Positions 1 through 8,584 of a stretch of 64,000 nt of DNA are shown in pieces. The DNA is from Candidatus Binatia bacterium (GTDB taxonomy: Bacteria > Desulfobacterota > Binatia > UBA9968 > JAJDTQ01): positions 960,001-1,024,000 of the forward strand of contig OY762897.2 of NCBI GenBank assembly GCA_963666515.2, written 5' to 3'. Within the stretch, counting starts at the first letter, position 1. Each line of letters opens with the position of its first letter. A program made the translations under genes and the position numbers. The notes under the pieces were generated by a model. It had not been told where the DNA came from and made no database searches. It worked only from the letters and a program-made list of their open reading frames with translations.

Positions 1-865
1 CAAACGACGCCGTGTCGTCGTCGTTATTGGTGGCGTTCCAGAAGCTAAAATCCCGTCCATTCACGGTGGCCCGGCAGCCGTCTGCGCAATCGGTCGCATT
101 ATTCGGGATCGTCACTTGTTCGTCAGCACCGAAAAACACATAGTCCAAGACATATTCGCCACTCGCGTTCCTGCGGATGCTCTTGACGAAGAATTCGTCG
201 GTTAGCTCGGTGCCCTGTTCGTCCCCGCCACGATGACGAACCAAAGTTGTCGCCAGTACGGGAATGACGTTGTCAGGGTCCGCAAGCGTTGCCTTCAGCG
301 TGCTCGTTTCGTCCGTTGCGAAGACAGGAGTCGTGTCACTCAGGTTCTGTCCGGGGCCTGCCATCAACGGCAATATCCGTACGCCTGGCATGCCGCCGGT
401 TTTTGGGTAGGAGGCGGAGCCGTCTTCTGCGACGTTGAGGACGCACGCCGCGCCGTCGGCGGGGCAAGTGATCGTCACGTGCCCATGTTCCTCCGACTCC
501 CCAGGCGCGACGGTAACCTCACCAGCGCTGAGTCCGTGGCCGGGAGGCAGAGTCTTAGCAGCGAAAGCGGGCATGACGGAGGGCATTCCGCCGGTTCGAG
601 CATAGGAGGCGGAGCCGTCATCTGCGACGTTGAGGACACAGGCATTCCCGCCAGCGGGGCAGGAGATCACGACGTTGCCGTGTTCCATGGACTGGCCTGG
701 GGCGACGGAGATCTCGCCAGCGGAGAGCCCGTGGCCTGTCGGCAGAAGCAGGGGTAGGGGTAGGGAGCTCGACGGGGAATCGCCGCCACCGCCACTACAG
801 GCAGCAAGAAATAGCAGCGCACTGATCGCACTTGTAATCGCCTTGCAAATGGTCGAAAGGAACAT
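1..865 (-). CDS. Lipoprotein with two tandem 55-aa Cys-containing repeats (5' part; runs off the window)
   Basis: Hand-translated (absent from the ORF track): ATG at 865 after AGGAGG; signal peptide ending in lipobox LAA-C23; Gly/Ser linker; frame open to position 1. Confidence 0.8.
   Translation of the reverse strand, partial: MFLSTICKAITSAISALLFLAACSGGGGDSPSSSLPLPLLLPTGHGLSAGEISVAPGQSMEHGNVVISCPAGGNACVLNVADDGSASYARTGGMPSVMPAFAAKTLPPGHGLSAGEVTVAPGESEEHGHVTITCPADGAACVLNVAEDGSASYPKTGGMPGVRILPLMAGPGQNLSDTTPVFATDETSTLKATLADPDNVIPVLATTLVRHRGGDEQGTELTDEFFVKSIRRNASGEYVLDYVFFGADEQVTIPNNATDCADGCRATVNGRDFSFWNATNNDDDTASF
386..745 (-). repeat. Intragenic duplication: two 55-aa units, 65-aa period
   Basis: LPTGHGLSAGEISVAPG...CPAGGNACVLNV...TGGMP vs LPPGHGLSAGEVTVAPG...CPADGAACVLNV...TGGMP; 42/55 identical by hand count. 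Confidence 0.9.
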
Positions 866-1063
866 GGGACCTCCTGTGGCAATGAAGAGGCCCCCGTGAA
901 AGAGGCCCCTGTGAAAGTTCGACTGGACTAGTGTCGAACGGGTGGGACTGCCTCCACAACGTCAGAAGAACGTAAAATGAGCGACAAAGAGGCAAACTCG
1001 TTGCTACCTTGACCTACCACCGGTCATACTGCGGCACCTACCGTACCAGCGCGGCCGGTTTTC

Positions 1064-1104
1064 TTGACAAAGCCGCCGGAGCGGGCTAGTACCCGGAACT
1101 AGCC
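1064..1104 (+). promoter_or_regulatory. Sigma70-like promoter with an overlapping inverted-repeat operator candidate
   Basis: TTGACA(1064)-N17-TAGTAC(1087); GGCTAGT-N7-ACTAGCC at 1084-1104. Confidence 0.55.
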
Positions 1105-1179
1105 GGTGCAATTGGGCGCGACACGCGGTCATGTGTGCGCGTGAGACACAAACACAACGGGCCGACCAGGAGGTTACTG

Positions 1180-2259
1180 ATGGCGAACAAGTACCAGATC
1201 ATCGACGGCGACGGTCACGTCGTGGAGGACATGGAGGCCATCACCAGCCGCTTTCCGAAGGCGGTGCAGGAGCAGATGCGCTGGTCCAACCCGTTTCCGC
1301 CGCTGGACCACCTGCATTCGGCCAACGCCCACAAGCTCCCGGAGGGCTCGTTCCAGCAGGTGGGCTTCGACGGCTGGGTGGAGTTCCTGGAGGACGTGGG
1401 CATCGACCGCACGGTCCTCTATCCCACCGTGGGCCTTTCCTACGGCAAGGTGGTGAGCCAGGACTGGGCCATCGACCTGGCGCGGTCCTACAACGACTGG
1501 ATCGCGGAGAACTACATCCACAAGAGCCCCCGGTTCCAGGCAACCGCGCTGATCCCGCTGCAGGAGCCGGACGAGGCGGTGAAGGAGCTGCGCCGGGCGG
1601 TGGAGGACCTGGGGATGTGCGGCGCCATGCTGCCGTCCACGGGGATCCAGTTGCATCTCGGCCACAAGTACTACTGGCCCATCTACGAGGAGGCCGACCG
1701 GCTGGGCTGCTGCCTGGGCATCCACGGCGGCGCGCACGAGAACCTGGGCATGGACGACCTGCATCCCTACGCCCCGGTGCACGCGCTGGGCCATCCCTTC
1801 GGGCAGATGATCTCCTTCGGCGGCATCGTCTTCAACGGCATCTTCGACAAGTATCCCAACGTGCGCATCGGCTTCCTGGAAGGGGGCGTGGCATGGCTGC
1901 TGATGTGCCTGGAGCGCTTCGACCGTTCCTACGAGACGCATATCCAGCACGATCCCCGGAGCGAGTTCCTGCAGCTCAGGGAAGGCGAGAGCGTCAGCCA
2001 GTACTGCAAGCGGCACATCGAGGACGGCCGCATCTTCGTGGGCTGCGAGGGTCACGAGCCCGACTTGGCCCACGCCATCCGGACGGTGGGCAACAAGCCT
2101 TGGGTCTACTCGTCGGACTTCCCTCACGAGGTCAACAACGAGTTCTGCAAGGAAGAGCTGGGCGAGGTCATGGAGAGCGAGGAACTCTCCGAAGAGGACA
2201 AGACCGCGGTGCTGTCGCGCAACGCCGAGCGTTTCTACAACCTGCCCAGCGGGCTGTAA
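1180..2259 (+). CDS. Amidohydrolase-2 family protein (decarboxylase/hydratase-like)
   Basis: IIDGDGH N-terminal metal motif, IHG, FLEGG, YSSDFPH; AGGAGG before ATG 1180. Confidence 0.85.
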   Translation: MANKYQIIDGDGHVVEDMEAITSRFPKAVQEQMRWSNPFPPLDHLHSANAHKLPEGSFQQVGFDGWVEFLEDVGIDRTVLYPTVGLSYGKVVSQDWAIDLARSYNDWIAENYIHKSPRFQATALIPLQEPDEAVKELRRAVEDLGMCGAMLPSTGIQLHLGHKYYWPIYEEADRLGCCLGIHGGAHENLGMDDLHPYAPVHALGHPFGQMISFGGIVFNGIFDKYPNVRIGFLEGGVAWLLMCLERFDRSYETHIQHDPRSEFLQLREGESVSQYCKRHIEDGRIFVGCEGHEPDLAHAIRTVGNKPWVYSSDFPHEVNNEFCKEELGEVMESEELSEEDKTAVLSRNAERFYNLPSGL

Positions 2260-2296
2260 GCCCGTCGAGACAAGGAAGCGGAGAGGATTCCCGGAG

Positions 2297-2536
2297 TCAT
2301 TGCTTCCGGAGAATCTTCTCCAGCTCCTTCCGTTCACTCTCCGTGATCTTGCCGCCGGCAGCGGTCTCCCCCGCGGGACCGGTGAAGTCGATTCCCCTGA
2401 ACTGGAAGGTAGCTAGATTCATGATCTCGCTCCGGTAGAGCCACCCCAGCATCGCCGCCAGGATGATGGCGGGAATGACGAGCCACGTGCCGCGGCCCTT
2501 CCGGCTTTTCTTTCGGGATCGTCGCTTCGCAGCCAT
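2297..2536 (-). CDS. Small membrane protein (79 aa)
   Basis: Basic N-terminus, one TM helix (WLVIPAIILAAMLGWLY), C-terminal ITESERKELEKILRK; downstream of tctA. Confidence 0.6.
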   Translation of the reverse strand: MAAKRRSRKKSRKGRGTWLVIPAIILAAMLGWLYRSEIMNLATFQFRGIDFTGPAGETAAGGKITESERKELEKILRKQ

Positions 2537-2576
2537 CAGGCGGGCATTCCTTTCGCGCACGGTTCTCGATGACCGC

Positions 2577-4544
2577 TCAGCTCCAGCTCGACAGCAGCAA
2601 GGGCTCGGGCCACAGGACGTGCAACAACTGATCGAATACCAGATAGAGGTAGCCTTCGGCCAACGCGCCGAGCAGGAGGGCCACGCGCCAGCGCGCGCCG
2701 TAGGTAAACGCGTAGCCGGCGGTGAAGAGCGGCAGGGTTGCGTGGAAGCCGATGAGGAGGATGCCGCCCACCAGCGCGGCGATCCAGAGCAGCACTTCTC
2801 CGGTGCGGCGCAGCACGTCGGGCGGTCCGTCTCCGGTTGCGGCCTCGGGCGCGCCGCCGCGTCGGTGCTTCCGTATGCGCAGGAGGTCCAGCGTGACCTG
2901 GAGCAGCGCAAGGGGAATGCCGACCCCGGCCAGGGAGTAGACGATGAGCGCGCTCCGCAGCGGCCAGTCCAGCGCGACGCTCGCCGCCCACGCCAGGAGC
3001 GCGACGAAGCACAGCGTGAACAGGCTGTTGCCGGCGTGCAGACGGGGATCGTCCGGCGCCGCGGCCGGTGCGTTGTCCCGGGCCTTCTCGCGCCGCTTTC
3101 GGATGGCCGGCAGGAGCAGGGTGAAGACCACCAGCACCAGCAGCAACAGCACGGACGGGCGCAGCAGCCAGGCGAACTCGTAACGCGCGATGGAGAGCCA
3201 CAGGTAGGTCTCCATCTGGAACCCCAGCACCACGGCCACCAGCACCGGCGGGCGGGGCCAGTCGAACAGCTTCATCAGGTAGCCCACCGCGGAGAAGACC
3301 AGGAAGGCGTACAGGTCCTCGTGGGCGTAGCTGGCGGCGAAGGAGGCCGAGGCGCACAGCACCAGGGTCACCGGCACGATGGCGTAGAAGGGCTGGAGCG
3401 AGAGGCGGGCAAAGCTCCCGGCAAAGCTCATGGCCAGGGATGTGGCCATGAGATTGGACAGCACCAGCACCCACACCATCGCCAGCGTAAGGTGCAACTG
3501 GTCCGTGAGCATACGGCTGCCCGGGTGGATGCCCACGGAAACGAAAGCGGCCAGTATGATGGCCAGGGACGTGCTGCCCGGGATGCCGAAGGCGATGGTG
3601 GGAATCAGCGCGCCGCCTTCCTTGGCGTTGTTGGAGCTTTCGGGCGCGATGACGCCGCGCACGTCGCCGGCGCCGAACCGTTCGCTCCGTTTCTCGGTTT
3701 GGACCGCGTGAGCGTAGGCGAACCAGTCGGCGACGCTGCTGCCGAGGCCCGGAAGCACGCCCACCCACACGCCGATGGCGCTGCAACGCACCACCAGCCA
3801 CCAGTGGCGGAACACGTCCTTGATGCCCTCCACGAGACCGCTGCCGAGGTTCTCGGTCTCGGAGATGCTGGTCCGCCGCACGGCCAGGTCGATGAGCTCC
3901 GGTACGGCAAAGAGGCCGAGGCCGATAAGGATGACGTTGACCCCGTCCCAAAGGTAGGCGGTGTCCAGGGAGAAGCGCTCGATGGCGGTCTTCTCGTCCA
4001 CCCCCACGGTGGCGATGAGGAGACCCAGGATGGCCGCCATGAGCCCTTTGACCGGGGCCTTGCCGCTGAGGACGCCGATGGCGCTCAGGCCCCAAAGCAC
4101 CAGCACGAAGAACTCCGGGGAGCCGAAGCTCAGCACCAGCGGACGCAGGATCGGAAGGGACGCCAGCAGCACGATGGCCCCCAGCACGCCGCCCACCGCC
4201 GACGCCATGAACGCGGCGCCGAAGGCGCGCTTGGCCTCGCCCTTGCGCGCCATGGGATAGCCGTCGAGGATGGTGGCCTGGGAGCCGGCGCTGCCGGGCA
4301 CGGCGATGAGCACCGACGGAAAGGTGTTGGCCGTGTTGGAGACCGCGCCGATGCCCAGCAGGAAGGCAATGGCGTGGTAGGGGCTCATGGTGAGGCTGAA
4401 GGGGAGGACGACGGTGAGGATGAGCAGCACGCCCACCCCGGGAAGCGCCGCGAACACGCTGCTCAGCAGCACGCCCCCCACCATGAGCATCATGGCCTGG
4501 GGCTCCAGGATCCCCAACAGGCCCTGGTATGCGGCCTCGATCAA
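2577..4544 (-). CDS. tctA: Tripartite tricarboxylate transporter TctA with fused C-terminal TctB-like domain
   Basis: VPGSAGSQATILDGYPMA, APESSNNAKEGG, FGIPGS motifs; 655 aa hydrophobic. Confidence 0.85.
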   Translation of the reverse strand: MIEAAYQGLLGILEPQAMMLMVGGVLLSSVFAALPGVGVLLILTVVLPFSLTMSPYHAIAFLLGIGAVSNTANTFPSVLIAVPGSAGSQATILDGYPMARKGEAKRAFGAAFMASAVGGVLGAIVLLASLPILRPLVLSFGSPEFFVLVLWGLSAIGVLSGKAPVKGLMAAILGLLIATVGVDEKTAIERFSLDTAYLWDGVNVILIGLGLFAVPELIDLAVRRTSISETENLGSGLVEGIKDVFRHWWLVVRCSAIGVWVGVLPGLGSSVADWFAYAHAVQTEKRSERFGAGDVRGVIAPESSNNAKEGGALIPTIAFGIPGSTSLAIILAAFVSVGIHPGSRMLTDQLHLTLAMVWVLVLSNLMATSLAMSFAGSFARLSLQPFYAIVPVTLVLCASASFAASYAHEDLYAFLVFSAVGYLMKLFDWPRPPVLVAVVLGFQMETYLWLSIARYEFAWLLRPSVLLLLVLVVFTLLLPAIRKRREKARDNAPAAAPDDPRLHAGNSLFTLCFVALLAWAASVALDWPLRSALIVYSLAGVGIPLALLQVTLDLLRIRKHRRGGAPEAATGDGPPDVLRRTGEVLLWIAALVGGILLIGFHATLPLFTAGYAFTYGARWRVALLLGALAEGYLYLVFDQLLHVLWPEPLLLSSWS

Positions 4545-4566
4545 TGGATCAAGGTTTCCTTGACGA

Positions 4567-5619
4567 TCAGCGCTCGGGCACGTCGTACTTCTTGCGCAGC
4601 TTCGACGCGTAGTCGAGGACTTCCTTGGGGACGTCGACGATCTGCGGGAGGCGCTTGTTGAGCGACTCGCCGGTAACGGAGATCAGGTCGAGGCTGAACT
4701 GCTTGCGCGCTAGCTTGAGGAACTCGGGGTCGTGGACGGCCTTCTGGAAGGCGTCGCGGTAGACCTTGACGTACTCCGCCGGGGTCTTCGGGGGCAGCGC
4801 CTGCCACTTGTCGATGGTCGACGGGCCCATCCACGACTCGTACGCCGCCGTGGCCAGTTTGCCGATCTTCTTTTCCGCCATGAGCTCGGGGAAGATGGGC
4901 ACGTCCTTGAACGACGAGCGCGGCGTGTACCCGTCCGGGCTCCGGATGCCTTCCTGGGCGATCAGATCGATGACGCCCTCGCCCTTCAGCTCGTTGATGA
5001 TGTAGGCGTTCTGCGTCGCCAGGACGTCGATCTCTCCCTGGCTGATGGCCTTGACCAGCGCGCCGGTGCCGGGGTAGCCCACGATCCACTTGAGGTTCCA
5101 CCCGAGGAACTCCGCGCCCCACACGTTCATGGCCTGCCACGCGCGCGCGCCGCTGATGCCGCCGACGTTGACCTTGGCGGCCTTCTTGTCGGTGAGCCGC
5201 TTGTGCGCGTCCTTGCGGATGAACAGCACGCTGCCGCCGCGGTGGATGCCGCCGATGGCGATGAACTTGCGCGGGTCGTACTTGATCACCTTCCGCCGCA
5301 GCACGTGAGGCTGGATCGGACTCGAGTCCGTCTGCATGAAGGTCATGCCGTCCGGCTTGATGCGGTTGGCCAAGTAGTTGGCCGCCTTGATCTTGCCGCC
5401 GCCCGCGCCCATGTACTGGTACACGAAACGCGGATTGCCGGGCAGGTACTTCTGCATGAAACGGTTGATGAGGCGCCCGGACAAGTCGGTGCCGCCGCCG
5501 GCGTTGGAGGCGACGATCACCTTGACGGTCTTGCCCTCGAAGGACACATCGGCCTGGGCCGGCGCCGCCAGAGCCCACAAAGCGCAGAACAGAATTGCAC
5601 CCGAAAGAATGCGTGCCAT
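4567..5619 (-). CDS. TctC/Bug-family periplasmic solute receptor
   Basis: Signal peptide, FEGKTVKVIV..AGGGTD, GYPGT..AISQGEID; adjacent to tctA. Confidence 0.85.
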   Translation of the reverse strand: MARILSGAILFCALWALAAPAQADVSFEGKTVKVIVASNAGGGTDLSGRLINRFMQKYLPGNPRFVYQYMGAGGGKIKAANYLANRIKPDGMTFMQTDSSPIQPHVLRRKVIKYDPRKFIAIGGIHRGGSVLFIRKDAHKRLTDKKAAKVNVGGISGARAWQAMNVWGAEFLGWNLKWIVGYPGTGALVKAISQGEIDVLATQNAYIINELKGEGVIDLIAQEGIRSPDGYTPRSSFKDVPIFPELMAEKKIGKLATAAYESWMGPSTIDKWQALPPKTPAEYVKVYRDAFQKAVHDPEFLKLARKQFSLDLISVTGESLNKRLPQIVDVPKEVLDYASKLRKKYDVPER

Positions 5620-5714
5620 GTCACCCCTCCCGTCAAACCCGGCGTAGCCGGAACACAAACGATGACGCCCGCCAATGGTGTTGCGAGCCGTTGGTATCCG
5701 TGGAGAGCCCGGCC

Positions 5715-6518
5715 TCAGTGCTCGCTGATGTCGATCATCACCCCGTCAGGGTCCGCAAGTTGGTACTCCCCGAACTTGCACTTGGCGAACAGATCGAGGC
5801 GCGCCTCCGCCTCCGGGCCCGCGCCCACCGGACCGGGGCTCAGGTAGGGGTTGCGCTTGGACAGCTCCTCCAGCCGGTCCTTGACCGCCTGCACGCTTTC
5901 CACCTTGAAGCCGAAGTGGTCCAGCGCCGGCCGCTCGATGCCCGTTCCCGCGTAGTCGGAGATCTTCCAGGGGGAAATGACCAGGGTGACCCGGCCGTCG
6001 GTCAGGTAGCAGTTGGGATCGTTCGCGGGCTTTTCGGTCTCCAGCAGGTCGAAGACGTCCCGGTAGAACTGCGCCACCCGTTCCGGCTCCACCGCGCGCA
6101 GCACGAAGTGATTGACGTGGCGGTCCGCCTGGCGGTCGCCGTCCACGTACACGTCGGTACGGTTCTCCATCCCTTCCTGGGAGAGGTCGAACACGTTCCC
6201 CGCGGGGTCGTGGGTGCTCAGGCCGGCGAACGGGCGGTTGCTCGGCCGCTTGAGGATGTGCACCTCCGGGTACTTCTCCGCCATGCGCGCGGACACGGCC
6301 TCGACGTCGTCCACCTCGAAGCCGAAGTGGTCGAAACCTGCCTGGCGCCCGGGCCTGCGCGGGTTGATGTTGATTCCCACGTAACCGTCGCTCACCACCG
6401 ACGCGCTCTCGATGCGCGCCCGCTCCGCGGTCTTCATGCCGAACACGGCCTGGTAGAACTTCTCCTCGATGGCGTAGTTCGAGCTGACGATGGCCAAGTG
6501 CTTGATCTTCGTGGTCAT
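5715..6518 (-). CDS. Two-domain VOC/glyoxalase family protein
   Basis: IKHLAI, duplicated DHFGF(E/K)V, DPAGN/DPDG motifs. Confidence 0.8.
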   Translation of the reverse strand: MTTKIKHLAIVSSNYAIEEKFYQAVFGMKTAERARIESASVVSDGYVGININPRRPGRQAGFDHFGFEVDDVEAVSARMAEKYPEVHILKRPSNRPFAGLSTHDPAGNVFDLSQEGMENRTDVYVDGDRQADRHVNHFVLRAVEPERVAQFYRDVFDLLETEKPANDPNCYLTDGRVTLVISPWKISDYAGTGIERPALDHFGFKVESVQAVKDRLEELSKRNPYLSPGPVGAGPEAEARLDLFAKCKFGEYQLADPDGVMIDISEH

Positions 6519-6656
6519 GGCGGTTCTCCCTTGTATGCGGTTATTCCCTTTGCCGTCCTGTGATCGGGTTGCGTAGCCGAGAATGCACCAAGTCTCCTGC
6601 TTTCCGCAACCCTGCCTCGGGCGCGATGTTACGCCCGTCCGCGCGCCCCGACCGAA

Positions 6657-7592
6657 TCAGCCCGTTCGTAGGACCAGCTTGCCTCTGGCGTGGCCGGTCC
6701 TGCTCGCCTCGTGCGCCTTTCGCACTTCGTCCAGCGGAAACGTCGCGTCGACGTGGACCCGGAGCCGGTCCGCCGCGGCCAGGTCGGCTATGGCGCGAAG
6801 CTGCGCCGCATCGGCGTGGACCGACACGTGCTGCGCCTGCACTCCGCGGACTCTGGCTTGTTCTTCGCTTGGTCTCCCGCGAATCGAGGCCAGCACGCCG
6901 CCGTGCTTGAGAACGTTCCAGGAGCGGTCCTGGACTTCGCCGCCGACGCCGTCCAGCACCACGTCCACGTCGGATACCGCCTCCTCGAAGCGGGTGCCGT
7001 TGTAGTCTACGACCCTGTCCACGCCCAGTTCGCGAAGAAACGCCTCATTGCGCGCCGAAGCCGTGCCGGTCACGTGCGCGCCCTTCCACTTCGCCAACTG
7101 GGCCGCGATGTGGCCGACGCCGCCCGCGGCCGCGTGGATCAGCACGGTCTGGCCGGCCTCAAGCCCGGCCGTGTCGAACAGCGCCTGCCACGCGGTCAGG
7201 GCCGCCAGTGGCAGCCCGGCCGCCTGCGCGTGGTCCATCGTGTTCGGTTTCGCCACGAGGTCCGCGGCCGGCGCGGCGACGTATTCGGCATAGCCGCCGC
7301 CTCCCCAAGGCCAGCGCACCATGCCGCACACCGCGTCGCCCACGTGTAATTCGGAAACTCCCGCACCCAGCGCCTCCACCACGCCGGAAACATCCCACCC
7401 CGGTATGAAAGGGAAGGGGTCGTCCAACCGGGACGCCACCCCCTCGCCCGCGCAGGTCTTCCAGTCCACCGGGTTGATGCCGGCTGCGTGGATGCGCACC
7501 AGCACCTCGCCGTCCTTCGGCTCGGGCCGCGGCGCCTCCTCGACCCGCAGGCTGTCGATGCCGCCGAACTCGTGTATCCGTACGGCTTTCAT
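6657..7592 (-). CDS. NADP-dependent oxidoreductase (MDR/quinone reductase family)
   Basis: MKAVRIHEFGG, GINPVDWK, HAAAGGVG, HARGKLVL. Confidence 0.9.
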   Translation of the reverse strand: MKAVRIHEFGGIDSLRVEEAPRPEPKDGEVLVRIHAAGINPVDWKTCAGEGVASRLDDPFPFIPGWDVSGVVEALGAGVSELHVGDAVCGMVRWPWGGGGYAEYVAAPAADLVAKPNTMDHAQAAGLPLAALTAWQALFDTAGLEAGQTVLIHAAAGGVGHIAAQLAKWKGAHVTGTASARNEAFLRELGVDRVVDYNGTRFEEAVSDVDVVLDGVGGEVQDRSWNVLKHGGVLASIRGRPSEEQARVRGVQAQHVSVHADAAQLRAIADLAAADRLRVHVDATFPLDEVRKAHEASRTGHARGKLVLRTG

Positions 7593-7641
7593 GAGACCTC
7601 ACTAACGACTGGGACTCTCGTGACCTGAAATCCGTGCTTTC

Positions 7642-7917
7642 TCATCCTGCCACGAGATTGATCTCCACCTTCATGCCGACAGCCTTGGCATAGCGTTCCA
7701 GTGTTCTCAGTGACGGCTTTTGACCGCTTTCCAGGCGAGCTACTGTGGGTTGGCTCGTCCCCATTCGGGCTGCGACCTCGCTCTGGCTCAATCCGGCCTT
7801 AGATCGTGCCATTATAAGCTTGCGTGCCAGTTCGAACTCGGGTCTGAGGGCTTCGAATTCCCTGTGGAACGCAGAGTCATTTTCCCACTCACTCCGAAGA
7901 TCATTATATTTTACCAC
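7642..7917 (-). CDS. XRE-family HTH protein (HigA-like antitoxin); start uncertain (7917 or 8001)
   Basis: ARSKAGLSQSEVAARMGTSQPTVARLESG HTH; AT-richer than the flanks. Confidence 0.8.
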   Translation of the reverse strand: MVKYNDLRSEWENDSAFHREFEALRPEFELARKLIMARSKAGLSQSEVAARMGTSQPTVARLESGQKPSLRTLERYAKAVGMKVEINLVAG

Positions 7918-8026
7918 TGTATTAATCTCATTATCCTTAATGTACGGTCTAAAACCGAATTGTGAAGCACCGGACACGATAACGACAGGACTGTCCTCCA
8001 CAGCGGATTTCGAGCGAATGCGGGGG

Positions 8027-8479
8027 TCACGAGCCGTTTTCCGCGTCCCAATCGAACATGCGCCGCCGCCGGCGCGCGTTGAAGTTGATCACCTCCAGCA
8101 GCAGGCCGTCGGGGTCGGAGAAGAAGGTCGCGTAGTAGTCGGCAGAGTACTGCGTATAGGCTTGCGGCTCGGTGGCCTCGACACCGGCCGCCCGAAGCTC
8201 GCGGCAGGCCCGGTCCACGGCCTCTTCGTCGGCTACGCGGAAACACAAGTGCGACGGCGCCCCGTGGCCCATGCCCGGCTCCGCCGCGGTTCCCTCGCGC
8301 AGCACGACCCAGTAGGTGAGGTGCCGGTTGTCGTAGCGCGCCCGCGGTGACACCTTGTCTGAAGTCCTGCCCTTGCGGAAGCCCAGTATCGGCATCACCC
8401 TGTCGTAAAAGGCTTCGGCCGCGGCGAGATCCCGGACGGGGATGAACACGTGGTCGATGCAGATGACTTCAACCGGCAT
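8027..8479 (-). CDS. VOC/glyoxalase family protein
   Basis: IDHVFIPVRDL, HLCFRV, YYATFFSDPDGLLLE. Confidence 0.85.
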   Translation of the reverse strand: MPVEVICIDHVFIPVRDLAAAEAFYDRVMPILGFRKGRTSDKVSPRARYDNRHLTYWVVLREGTAAEPGMGHGAPSHLCFRVADEEAVDRACRELRAAGVEATEPQAYTQYSADYYATFFSDPDGLLLEVINFNARRRRRMFDWDAENGS

Positions 8480-8584
8480 GGCGATTCTCCGTCAGGTTCA
8501 GGGCCGAGAGCCCTTGTCGTCTGATGGCGCCCGGCCCGGACGGGTTTGAACCCCGCCGCTACACCCGGCCGTCCAGCGGCGTGG

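Noticed and set aside
233-899. Plus-strand ORFs 233-757 and 630-899
   Set aside because: Opposite a better-supported minus-strand lipoprotein with RBS and lipobox
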